Below are positions 28,321-37,465 of a stretch of 64,000 nucleotides of DNA, piece after piece (the stretch's first letter is position 1; the number at the start of each line of letters is the position of its first letter). Made by a program: the position numbers and the translations under genes. The notes beneath the pieces are model-generated. The model ran no database searches and was not told where the DNA came from. It saw only the letters and a list, made by a program, of their open reading frames with translations. This stretch comes from Candidatus Multivoradales bacterium (GTDB taxonomy: Bacteria; Acidobacteriota; Thermoanaerobaculia; Multivoradales; J023), in the NCBI GenBank assembly GCA_965248925.1, contig CBDFLE010000005.1:224001-288000 (forward strand), given 5' to 3'.

Positions 28321-29500
28321 CATCCAGCGCAGCGCGGCGGTAGCTATTCTGCGGGACCTCGACGAATCACCCGCGGTGGCGCTGCTTGGACCGCGTCAAT
28401 GTGGCAAGACCACGCTGGCCCTGGAGATTGTTCGCCAACATCCGTCGGCGGTATACCTCGACTTGGAGCTGCCCTCGGATCTGCGAAAACTGGCGGATCC
28501 CGAGCTCTACTTCGGCACCCAGCGAGGTCTCGGGCGAGCGACCTTGTTCTGTCTCGACGAGATTCAGCGTCTGCCCGATCTCTTTCCCACTCTGCGCAGC
28601 TTGATCGATCAAGCAGGGCACGCTGGACAGTTTCTATTCCTCGGCTCGGCGTCCCCAGGTTTGCTGCGGCAGACCTCCGAGAGCCTCGCAGGTAGAATTC
28701 TCTACTTGGAATTGACTCCGCTGCTGTTCTCCGAATTGGGAGTGTCGAGCCTCGCCGAGTCGAGCCGGCGTTGGTCTCGCGGTGGCTTTCCCCGCAGCTA
28801 TTTAGCCACCAACGATGCCAGCAGCCTGCGCTGGCGGGAAAGCTTAGTCCAGACTTTTCTCGAACGAGAAATCCCCGAAATGGGTCTCGAGTTGTCTGCC
28901 GAGCAGCTGCGCCGGCTGTGGCGGATGCTCGCCCACCACCACGGCCAGTTGCTCAACAGCTCCCGCCTCGGCGGCTCATTGGGTCTCAGTCACAATACGG
29001 TGCGCTCTCACATCGAGCTGCTGCGAGGAACCTTCATGGTGCGCTTGCTGGAGCCGCTCGAAACCAATCTGAAGAAGCGCCTGGTCAAATCGCCTAAGGT
29101 CTACATCCGCGACAGCGGGATCCTGCACGCTCTGTTGGAGATCGCCGACGCTGACGCGCTGCTCGGACATCCGGTCTGCGGCCCCTCATGGGAGGGATTG
29201 GTGATCGAAGAGATTATTGCCGCCTTGCCCGAATGGCGCCCGAGCTTCTACCGCACCAGCAACGGCGCCGAGATCGACCTGGTGATGTCCCGCGGCCAGC
29301 GCCACCTGGCATTCGAGTGCAAAGCCTCGACCGCGCCGCGGCCCAACCGCGGTTTCTGGACCGCTTTCGCTGACATCGGCGCCGAACGAGGGTGGATCGT
29401 GGCGCCAGTGAATGAAGCCTATCCGCTACGCGAGAAGGTCGAAGTCACGCCGCTGGTGACACTAGTAGAGCAACTCCGGCAACTGGTGCCGCAGGTTTGA
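28310..29500 (+). CDS. AAA+ ATPase (AAA_14) with DUF4143 domain
   Basis: GPRQCGKTT, LDEIQ, LGSAS, ESLAGR, RGGFP, KSPKVY.RDSG, EIDL...FECK. Confidence 0.9.
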   Translation: MHGYIQRSAAVAILRDLDESPAVALLGPRQCGKTTLALEIVRQHPSAVYLDLELPSDLRKLADPELYFGTQRGLGRATLFCLDEIQRLPDLFPTLRSLIDQAGHAGQFLFLGSASPGLLRQTSESLAGRILYLELTPLLFSELGVSSLAESSRRWSRGGFPRSYLATNDASSLRWRESLVQTFLEREIPEMGLELSAEQLRRLWRMLAHHHGQLLNSSRLGGSLGLSHNTVRSHIELLRGTFMVRLLEPLETNLKKRLVKSPKVYIRDSGILHALLEIADADALLGHPVCGPSWEGLVIEEIIAALPEWRPSFYRTSNGAEIDLVMSRGQRHLAFECKASTAPRPNRGFWTAFADIGAERGWIVAPVNEAYPLREKVEVTPLVTLVEQLRQLVPQV

Positions 29501-29514
29501 CCGTCGCCAACTGC

Positions 29515-30525
29515 TCAAGGCCGCAGCTCGTACCTGGCGAGAGCCCTGGCCGCCTGGCGGAGGTTTCTCTGCACTTCGGTCAGCTGCCGATCAACCTGGT
29601 CGAAGCGGCCGACTACGCATTGGCCGGCGAGTAGTTTGAGGTCGGCGTAGGAGCGACGTAGGGAACGGTTGACGGCTGGATCGATGGAGCGGAACAGGCG
29701 CTCGTTGTCGAGCACTTTCAACACTTCTGCCGACAGGGTGCGGCAAGCGGCGGCAATGGCTTTTGGATTTCCTTGCTGGCGGCCACGGAGGAAGCTGCCT
29801 AGAGCCTGCTTGGCCGGCGCCACAGCGGGGGCGTAGGTCTTGTACCAAACTCGCATCAAGTCTGTGACGGTACGCGGTTTGGGTTTCGGAGTGTTGCGGT
29901 CGATGTAGTCGGCGTACTCGCCCTCGGCTTCGATTCCGGCCAGTTGAATCGGCAGCAGGAAGGCGTCGAGCAACTGTTCTAGCTGTTCTGGATCGGTCAC
30001 CAGGTGCAGGCCGAGTTCCTGTTCTTCGAGCTGGATGGATCGGCCGAGACGATCGATGGTGGCGGCGAAGTCGTGGCGCGGAGCGCGGGGAAAAGCTACG
30101 GTGTCGCAGAGTTCGATCTGGAGTTCGTAGAGCTTTCTCAAGGAACCGCTGATGGTGGCTCCGGCTTCGACGCGAGTCCCTTTCTCGAAACGGTGGATCA
30201 AATCGCCGGCGGCGCGTGCCGCTGCCAAGTCGGAGCCGCCATCCCGGAGAGCGAAGTCGCGAATCTTCTGCTCCTCGCCGGCGGGTAGCTGCTGCCAGTA
30301 GTTCAGCACGTCGGCGGCGATGTCCTGGCAAATCTGGCGGTTGAAGCGCAGCAAGGCTAGCGAACTGCGCGCCCATTGGTCGGTTTCGGGCTCGGGAGCA
30401 GACACCGCAGCGGTGGCCGAAGTCGGACTCAAGCCGAGCAGCGCAACAAAGAAAAAAGCGCGAAGTAGGCCGAGTGGCCGCGCGGCCACGGCTCTGATGG
30501 TGCTGATGGATCGAATCGTCTTCAT
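29515..30525 (-). CDS. Hypothetical exported helical protein
   Basis: Signal-peptide-like N-terminus, SD-like GAGGGG, long ORF directly downstream of the TPR gene. Confidence 0.6.
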   Translation of the reverse strand: MKTIRSISTIRAVAARPLGLLRAFFFVALLGLSPTSATAAVSAPEPETDQWARSSLALLRFNRQICQDIAADVLNYWQQLPAGEEQKIRDFALRDGGSDLAAARAAGDLIHRFEKGTRVEAGATISGSLRKLYELQIELCDTVAFPRAPRHDFAATIDRLGRSIQLEEQELGLHLVTDPEQLEQLLDAFLLPIQLAGIEAEGEYADYIDRNTPKPKPRTVTDLMRVWYKTYAPAVAPAKQALGSFLRGRQQGNPKAIAAACRTLSAEVLKVLDNERLFRSIDPAVNRSLRRSYADLKLLAGQCVVGRFDQVDRQLTEVQRNLRQAARALARYELRP

Positions 30526-30585
30526 GGCCAAAGTCCCCTCGCGGATCATACCGCTGACTCGGGAGTCTGCGCCTGGTCGGCTCGC

Positions 30586-33297
30586 TCAACCATTCTTCGA
30601 GCGATCCTCCAGGCTGTTGGCCAAGGCGGTCTTGCCTTGGGCTCGGGCCTGGGTCGCTGCTCGCTTGGCAACTCGGCGCGCCTCGCCGTGGTGGCCGTTG
30701 GCGGTCAGGGCGGCGCTGAGGGTCTCGAGAATCTCGGGTGCTTGATGCTGGGTGAGGTCGGCGGCTTGCTGGGCTAGCCGCAGTGCCTCGGCCGGATCCG
30801 CCAACTCTTCCGCGGAAGTAGAGACGAGCAGCCAAGCGAGGTTGTTCAACGCGCCGACATGTTTGGGATCAGCTGCCATTAGCCGCCGTAGCTCGACCGC
30901 TGAAGCCGCGGGCTCGCCCGCCAATTGTAGCGCCGCGGCCAGGTTGTAGCGCCCCTGATGGTTGGCGGGGTCAAGTTCCAGGCCGCGGCTGTAGGGCTCG
31001 ACGGCGGCCGTAGCGCGGGAATTCGAAAGCAGCAGGTCGCCAAGATTAAACCAGGCTAATCGAAAGCTTGGGTCGACTTCCAGGGCGTCGCCGTAGGCTT
31101 GTTCGGCGGCGGCGGCGTGGCCTTGTTCGGCGAGGGCGAAACCGAGACTGTTGTGCGCCAGAGCTAGGTCTGGACGCAGTTCGATGGCGCGACGATATGC
31201 TTCGATGGCTGCTGCCTGGCGGCCCAATTGGCTGAGTGCCGCGCCGAGATTGAGCTGGCCGCGGGCGTGGCTCGGATCGCGTTCGATCAACCGGCGTAGG
31301 GCTAGTCGTGCTGCCTCGCCGTCGCCTCGCTCAAGGTAGGCGGTGCCCAAGTTGAAGAGCACGGTGCTGCTGGCGGACTCGCCGTTGGCGGCTTGTTGGA
31401 GTTCTTCGAGGGCGCCGTCGCGGTTGCCTTGGCGAGCTAGCAACTCGGCGCGGACGGCAGCTAGGGGAGTCTTGCCGGCTCCCCGTCGCGCCACCTCCGC
31501 AAACTCAGCCAAGGCTGCTTCAGGGTGGCCAGCATCGGCCAGGGCATAGGCCAGGCTGCTGCGCCAGCCGGACATGGCCGGCAGCCGATCGATCAGCGGT
31601 CGCCAGATGTCGGCGGCGGCGGTGGGCTGCTGGCTGGCCGCGAGCAAGAGGGCATAGCGATTGGCCAGTAGCAAGTCGTCAGGGTGTTTGGTGAAGGCTT
31701 GATGGTAGGCGCGGCGGGCCTCCGCCAAGCTGTTGGCATCGAGCTGTAGGGCAAGCTCGGCGACCCGGCGGCCGGCGCGCCGCTGGCGCTGGGCGAAACC
31801 CAGCTGGCCAGTAAAAGGAGGACGGCCGGTCAATTCCAGCATTTCGCTGTTCAGCGAATGGCGATCAAAGAGAGTCCAGGGCAGTTGGTCGGCCAAATCC
31901 GGGATCCCTTGGCGAGGGTCTGCAACGGGCGGGCCTAGGCGCTCGACCAGGCGCTGGAGGAATGCCTCGGCCAGCAGGAGGTTGCCGGCGAAACGCAGAT
32001 GCACATGCTCGTAGAACAGGCCGCTGCCGGCAATGCCGACCGCGGCGGGGTCCGCGGCATCAAAAAGTACGGCGGCATCCACCAGCCCGATTCCGTTGCC
32101 GGCGCCGTTCTCGCTGGCACCGTTCTCGCTGGAGAAGTTGCGGAGGATGGTGTTGATCCGGCTGTCGGCACGAAACCGTAGGGCATCGAGGTCGCGGGCC
32201 ATATCGAGGGAGCTGGCGGCTGCTGGATCGCCGGCTTGTAACTCGGCCAGTCCCAGGCGGTAGTGCAGCTCGGCGTGGCGATCGTCGATCTGCCGAGCGC
32301 CGCGGAAAAGCCCGATTGCTGAGTGAATGTCACCCTGCTGGAGTTGGTGGGTCGCGGCATCGACCTGCTCCTGCCACTGCTTGAGGTCCCCGGTGCTCAG
32401 ACCCGCGCGGTGCAGCGAAGCGAAGGGTGGACTGTCGAGACGATTGCTGGCAACGGTCGATAGAATCACCTCGGCGCCGCTATGATCGGCCAGCCTGAGC
32501 AAGTCTTCGAGATTGGCTTGCAGATGCTCGTAGACCTTCTGCAAGCGGTCGTCGTCGGCCGCCAGCTGTTGCTCTAGGAACATCTCCATGCCGCGCCATT
32601 CGCCTGCCGGATCATGGTTCGGGCCGAGGATTCTTGCGGTGAGCTGGCCGAGGCGAAACTCCTGGACCTTCGAGCTGGCGCGAATCGCTCTCAGGCTGGG
32701 GGAGAAGGGGCTGAAGACGGTGGCGGCGCCGTAGGGGCCCACCACTTCGTTATTGCCCATGTAGACGAGGAAGAAGTCGGGCTGAAAGCGGCTGCAATCC
32801 TTGGCGATCTGCAACACAACGTGAGAGTTGATGGCCGCCATGGCGGCGTTGTGAACTTCGAAATGGCGCTCCGGGTAACGCTGGCGCAAGAGGTGTTCGA
32901 GTAGCCGAGCGAGTCCGAAAGCGGGTTCCGGAGTGCCCATCGCCGCCGAGCCTCCGAGAACGAAGATTCGCACTGTGTCGGCGGGCTTGGGCTGCTTGAT
33001 CTCCAGCGGTACCGGAGTGCGAGCGAGGGCTGGCGGGAAGTAGCGCCAAGCAAATCGGGGATTGCTGGCCCAAATACCGGGCCGCCCTTCGACCGGCACC
33101 AGAAAACGGCTGTCCCAGCCCATCCCGGCGATTCGCAGCACCCCTTCGCTAGCGACCAAGGCCAAGACAGCCAGGAAAAGTGCCAAGAAGCGGAACCCCC
33201 ACAGGCGTGCTTTGCCGGGTGGCGCGCTCGAGATGCCGCCAGCCGATGCGGAGCTTGGAGGCGCGGCAGTTGCGGCGGGGTGGGTTGATTGGGCCAT
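30586..33297 (-). CDS. Membrane-anchored SGNH-like domain plus TPR repeat protein
   Basis: TM segment; FVLGGSAAMG, YMGNNEV.G, FYEHVH; many TPRs in the C-terminal half. Confidence 0.8.
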   Translation of the reverse strand: MAQSTHPAATAAPPSSASAGGISSAPPGKARLWGFRFLALFLAVLALVASEGVLRIAGMGWDSRFLVPVEGRPGIWASNPRFAWRYFPPALARTPVPLEIKQPKPADTVRIFVLGGSAAMGTPEPAFGLARLLEHLLRQRYPERHFEVHNAAMAAINSHVVLQIAKDCSRFQPDFFLVYMGNNEVVGPYGAATVFSPFSPSLRAIRASSKVQEFRLGQLTARILGPNHDPAGEWRGMEMFLEQQLAADDDRLQKVYEHLQANLEDLLRLADHSGAEVILSTVASNRLDSPPFASLHRAGLSTGDLKQWQEQVDAATHQLQQGDIHSAIGLFRGARQIDDRHAELHYRLGLAELQAGDPAAASSLDMARDLDALRFRADSRINTILRNFSSENGASENGAGNGIGLVDAAVLFDAADPAAVGIAGSGLFYEHVHLRFAGNLLLAEAFLQRLVERLGPPVADPRQGIPDLADQLPWTLFDRHSLNSEMLELTGRPPFTGQLGFAQRQRRAGRRVAELALQLDANSLAEARRAYHQAFTKHPDDLLLANRYALLLAASQQPTAAADIWRPLIDRLPAMSGWRSSLAYALADAGHPEAALAEFAEVARRGAGKTPLAAVRAELLARQGNRDGALEELQQAANGESASSTVLFNLGTAYLERGDGEAARLALRRLIERDPSHARGQLNLGAALSQLGRQAAAIEAYRRAIELRPDLALAHNSLGFALAEQGHAAAAEQAYGDALEVDPSFRLAWFNLGDLLLSNSRATAAVEPYSRGLELDPANHQGRYNLAAALQLAGEPAASAVELRRLMAADPKHVGALNNLAWLLVSTSAEELADPAEALRLAQQAADLTQHQAPEILETLSAALTANGHHGEARRVAKRAATQARAQGKTALANSLEDRSKNG

Positions 33298-33327
33298 GGT
33301 GTAGTGCGGTTGAGGTATGGGTGAAGG

Positions 33328-34878
33328 GTGTTGACAATGGGTTGGCATGTTATCTTCTCAGTCCTACTGGCGAAAGCTGAAGTGCTGACCTGGCGGTCGT
33401 TGAATCCCAATATCTTGTCGAACTTGCGCCCCCGATCGGGACCCATCCTCGAAGCCTTCTTCGCTACCTGCGCGCGGCGCGGTGAGGATCTGGCTGTGCT
33501 TTCTCGCGGTGAGGCCCGGAGCACTAGCTTTGTGGGTCTTGCCGAGCAGGTCGAGCAGTGGGCTGAAGGTTTGCAGGCCATGCTGGCTGTCTCGAGTTCT
33601 GCCGGGCCGAGACCCGTGGCGCTAGCGGTGGGCAACCGGGGAGCTTTCATCGAGTTGTTCTTTGCCCTGCGCCGGCTGGGACGAGCGGTGGTGATTGTCG
33701 ATGCGGCAGCTTCTGCCGACTGCCGTTTGGAGATCTGCCGGCGCTTCGGTGTGGGGGACTTGATCGAGACTGCAGCAGAGCAAGCCGGGGAGGCGCTCGG
33801 CCAAGGTCTGTGGCTGCGCCGATTGACGGTTGTCGCGCCGGTCGAGTTGCCGCCGGCAACGGCGCTGGTCAAGCTGACCTCGGGTAGCACGGGTGAACCG
33901 GTCGGAGCGTGTTTCGATGAAGCGGCCCTGCGGGCGGGTATCGAGCAGATTGCCGCCGCGATGGAGCTGCAAGCCGGCGACCGGGCGTTGATCACCATTC
34001 CTTTGTCGCACTCCTATGGTTTTGACAACGCGGTGTTATCGCTGGCGGTAGTGGGTACCAGCTTGCTGCTGGAGCCTTCTTTCTTTCCCCACGCTTTGCT
34101 GCGAGCAGCGAGAGACAGCGAAGCCACTTTTTTGCCGCTGGTGCCGCCCTTGGTGCGGTCTTTGGCGCAGGCGGATTGGCCGGCGGGGCTGCGGTTGCGG
34201 CGGGTGATCTGTGCCGGCGCGCCACTCGACGAAGAAGTGGCCGCCGCCTTTTATCGGGTCAGTGGGTTGGCGGTGCATAATTTCTACGGCTCGTCGGAGA
34301 CTGGCGGTATTTGTTTTGAGCGGCAGCCGCTGGATCCCGCTGCGCCGGGCACCGTCGGTGAGCCGCTGCCAGGAGTGCAGGTCGAGCTCGATGATGGCCG
34401 GGTGACGGTTCTCTCGGCGGCCAATTCGATCGGCACTCCGGGGCGTCCTGGTCGGGCTCCGGCCGCTGCTATCGTTACCGGTGACACCGGCGTTTGGGAT
34501 GAAGGTGGGCGGTTGAGATTGACCGGTCGAAGCGCCGATATTCTCAATATCGGTGGCCGCAAAGTGGCGATAGCGAGGATCGAGCAAGCGCTGCTGCAAC
34601 TCGCTGGGGTGCACCAAGCAGCCGTGGTGGGCGTCGCTGACCGCAGCCGTGGAGATTTATCAATGGCGTTCTTGGTGGCCGATCGGTGGCCGATAGATAC
34701 CCGTGGTCTGGCTGCCGGCCTGGTGCCGCGCCGGCTGAGCCGAATCGATCAGCTGCCCTACAATAGCCGTGGCAAGCTCGACCGCGCTCTTCTACGCCGT
34801 CGAGCGGCGGCGAATGTGGCGGCTGATTCGCCGTCGACCGCCGCCAGTCCAATGAAGACTCCAGCAGATAAGAGCTGA
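33328..34878 (+). CDS. AMP-dependent acyl ligase (ANL superfamily); true start probably further downstream
   Basis: LTSGSTGEP.G, PLSHSYG, NFYGSSETG, TGDTG, GR..D...GG.K, LP.NSRGKLDR. Confidence 0.85.
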   Translation: MLTMGWHVIFSVLLAKAEVLTWRSLNPNILSNLRPRSGPILEAFFATCARRGEDLAVLSRGEARSTSFVGLAEQVEQWAEGLQAMLAVSSSAGPRPVALAVGNRGAFIELFFALRRLGRAVVIVDAAASADCRLEICRRFGVGDLIETAAEQAGEALGQGLWLRRLTVVAPVELPPATALVKLTSGSTGEPVGACFDEAALRAGIEQIAAAMELQAGDRALITIPLSHSYGFDNAVLSLAVVGTSLLLEPSFFPHALLRAARDSEATFLPLVPPLVRSLAQADWPAGLRLRRVICAGAPLDEEVAAAFYRVSGLAVHNFYGSSETGGICFERQPLDPAAPGTVGEPLPGVQVELDDGRVTVLSAANSIGTPGRPGRAPAAAIVTGDTGVWDEGGRLRLTGRSADILNIGGRKVAIARIEQALLQLAGVHQAAVVGVADRSRGDLSMAFLVADRWPIDTRGLAAGLVPRRLSRIDQLPYNSRGKLDRALLRRRAAANVAADSPSTAASPMKTPADKS

Positions 34879-34882
34879 ACGG

Positions 34883-36130
34883 ATGAGCATCGAGACCAAC
34901 AACAGCAGCAGCGGGCGGGTGGCGATTGTCGGCATGGGAGCGGTGACTGGTTGGGGATGGGGCGTTGAGCCGCTGTGGCAAGGGCTGTTGGCGGGGGTGA
35001 GTGGGATTCGCCCCTTCGATCGTTTCGACCCCACTCCTCACCGCACATCTCTAGCTTGCCAGGTGCCGCCGCCCAAGACTCGACCGCGGCAGGACCGGCG
35101 CTTGTCGCAAGCCGATGGATATGCCTTGGCCGCTGCTGAGGAGGCCATGCAGCAAGCTGGCGACCTTCACCAGCCGACGCTGTGCGGGGTGTACTTCGCC
35201 AGTAGCACCGGAGGTATGTGGGAGACCGAGAGTTTCTACTCTTGGCTGATCGGTACCAGCGATCGACGTTTCAGCGTCGCGCAGTTGAGTTCGCAGGAGT
35301 ACAACGGGCCGGGAGATACGGTGGCTCGCCGGCTGCGAACTTCTAGCGGCCAAGCCATCACCGGTCCGGTCGAGAGCATTTCCTCGGCCTGTGCTTCCGG
35401 CGGTTTGGCCATCGGGGCGGCGGTGGAGGCGCTGCGCGAGGGAGAGGTTGACCTGGCGATAGCCGGCGGCGCGGACTCTCTCTGTCAGCTCACTTACGCC
35501 GGTTTCAACGGTCTTCGGGCGGTGGATGCTGGTCCCTGTCGGCCGTTTCGTGAAGATCGCAACGGCATGTCGCTGGGCGAGGGGGCAGCGGTGCTGGTGC
35601 TCGAACGCGAGTCATCGGCCCGCCGCCGCGGGGTGCGGGTCTTGGGCTGGGTGGTGGGTGCTGGAGCGTCCTGCGATGCCAATCATATGACCGCACCCCA
35701 GGCCAACGGCGAGGGTCCCGCGCTGGCTATTGCCGCTGCCTTGCGCGATGCAGGGGTGGCGGCGGACGAGATCGACTTCGTCAATACCCACGGTACCGGC
35801 ACCAAGCAGAATGACGGGGCCGAGAGTCGCGCCCTGCAACGTATCTTCGGCGACCGCGCCGCGCGTCTGCCGCTAACTTCCACCAAGGGCAGCATCGGTC
35901 ATCTGCTGGGCTGCGCTGGCACGGTCGAAGCGGTGGCGACGGTGCTTTGTCTGGCTGCTGGCCAAGTGCACCCGACCCCCGGTGGGGGCACGGCCGACCC
36001 GCGGCTCGGCGTAACCTTGGTTCTCGACCAACCTCTGGAACTTCCCCAAGCACGCCTGGCGTTGTCCACCAGCCTCGCTTTCGGCGGTTCCAATGCCTCC
36101 TTGATCTTCGGCCGGGGTGACGCCCGTTGA
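34883..36130 (+). CDS. Beta-ketoacyl-ACP synthase (FabF-like KS)
   Basis: SSACASG (Cys), NTHGTGT, KGSIGHLLG, SLAFGG.N; triad intact. Confidence 0.9.
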   Translation: MSIETNNSSSGRVAIVGMGAVTGWGWGVEPLWQGLLAGVSGIRPFDRFDPTPHRTSLACQVPPPKTRPRQDRRLSQADGYALAAAEEAMQQAGDLHQPTLCGVYFASSTGGMWETESFYSWLIGTSDRRFSVAQLSSQEYNGPGDTVARRLRTSSGQAITGPVESISSACASGGLAIGAAVEALREGEVDLAIAGGADSLCQLTYAGFNGLRAVDAGPCRPFREDRNGMSLGEGAAVLVLERESSARRRGVRVLGWVVGAGASCDANHMTAPQANGEGPALAIAAALRDAGVAADEIDFVNTHGTGTKQNDGAESRALQRIFGDRAARLPLTSTKGSIGHLLGCAGTVEAVATVLCLAAGQVHPTPGGGTADPRLGVTLVLDQPLELPQARLALSTSLAFGGSNASLIFGRGDAR

Positions 36131-37356
36131 GCGCGCGGCAGCCAGCCGTGGCGATCACTGGGCTCGGTACTGTGGGGGCGTTTGGGGTTGGCGCCGAGGC
36201 CCTCGCCCGAGGACTCGAAGGAGGGGTGGCGCGAGTAAGCGAGATCGATCGCAGCGCTGGCTTCCACCGGCCGCGAGGGTCCACTCACGCGGTACTCGCA
36301 GAGCGGCCGGCGGTGCTCGATATGATCCCTCCTCGCTTGGCTCGGCGAATGAGCTGGTTGTCGAGATTCGGCGTCGCCGCCGCCGGTCTAGCGCTCGACG
36401 ACGCTGGCTTGAGCGATCAGCAGCCCCTCGGCGAGCGGGCGGCGGTGATCAGTGCGACTAGTTTTGGCTCACCAGAAGTCACTCAGCAGCTGCTGCAAGC
36501 GATTCTTACCGCGGGACCGCAGGCCGCCTCGCCCTTTCTTTTTCCCGAATCGGTGGCTAACGCTCCGGCGGCTCAGATCGCTATTGCTTGTGGCGCTCGT
36601 GGGGTCAATCTGACCCTCAGCCAGCGCGAAGCGGGCAGCCTCCGAGCGCTCTCGAGAGCGGCTCTTGAGATTCGCCGGGGTCGGGCAGATATCGTGCTAG
36701 TGGCAGTAATGGACGAGATGCATCCGCTGCTGCACGCGGTGATAGACCGCTTTCGAGCCTTGGTTGGCAACGATGCCGAGAGCAGCATTGCCCGTCCTTT
36801 TGACCGGTGGCGAAGCGGCTTCCTGCTGGCCGAAGGGGCGACTGTGGTGGTCCTCGAATCGGTGATTTCCGCCGCTGGCCGTGGGGCCAAGATACGTGGT
36901 TATGTAGGCGCTTCTGGAGGTGGTTTCGACGCCAGCTCGCCGCCTTTCTCGTGGGGGACGGGTGAAGTGGTGCTGGGCACTGCTCTCACCCGTTGCCTGA
37001 GTCGGGGGGGAAGCGGCCTCGAGGGGATCGACCGAGTGGTGTCTGCGGCCAGCGGCTCGCGACGCGGCGACCGTCTCGAGGCGGCCGTCTTAGCTCGGGT
37101 TTGGGGGCAACGAGAGCTACCGCCGATCCTGGCCCCGTTGGGGGTAACCGGTGCCTACGGCGGCGGCCTGCTGGCCAGCGCGGTGCTGGCGCTGGATAGT
37201 GCCGCGGCCTGGCCTACAGCGGGCTTTGCCGAGCCCGACCCGGAGATTGATCTGGTGCCTCACGACGGCTCACCTCTCGAACCTCCGCGGCGTCTGCTGA
37301 TCAGTGCGCTGGCGGCGGGCGGAGCGGCGGCATGGACGCTCCTCGAAACGCCGTGA
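36127..37356 (+). CDS. Catalytically inactive KS homolog (chain-length-factor-like)
   Basis: KS fold (ASPFLFPESVANAPA, RPFD..RSG...AEGA); Cys site reads QREAG, HGTGT reads AASGS, second His absent. Confidence 0.8.
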   Translation: MSARQPAVAITGLGTVGAFGVGAEALARGLEGGVARVSEIDRSAGFHRPRGSTHAVLAERPAVLDMIPPRLARRMSWLSRFGVAAAGLALDDAGLSDQQPLGERAAVISATSFGSPEVTQQLLQAILTAGPQAASPFLFPESVANAPAAQIAIACGARGVNLTLSQREAGSLRALSRAALEIRRGRADIVLVAVMDEMHPLLHAVIDRFRALVGNDAESSIARPFDRWRSGFLLAEGATVVVLESVISAAGRGAKIRGYVGASGGGFDASSPPFSWGTGEVVLGTALTRCLSRGGSGLEGIDRVVSAASGSRRGDRLEAAVLARVWGQRELPPILAPLGVTGAYGGGLLASAVLALDSAAAWPTAGFAEPDPEIDLVPHDGSPLEPPRRLLISALAAGGAAAWTLLETP

Positions 37357-37465
37357 TCGACAACCTCAGGCGTCTGCCTGCGTATCTAGTTTCAGACCTT
37401 CACCCGCCAGCGTGCGGTCGCGCTATGATCGAGTCAGGTTGCCGAACTCCAAACCCCGAGAAAGA

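Noticed and set aside
29591-30835. Long alternative-frame ORFs (also 32691-33998, 43012-43977 and many antisense ORFs)
   Set aside because: Arg/Pro-rich shadow frames of well-supported genes, expected in high-GC DNA.
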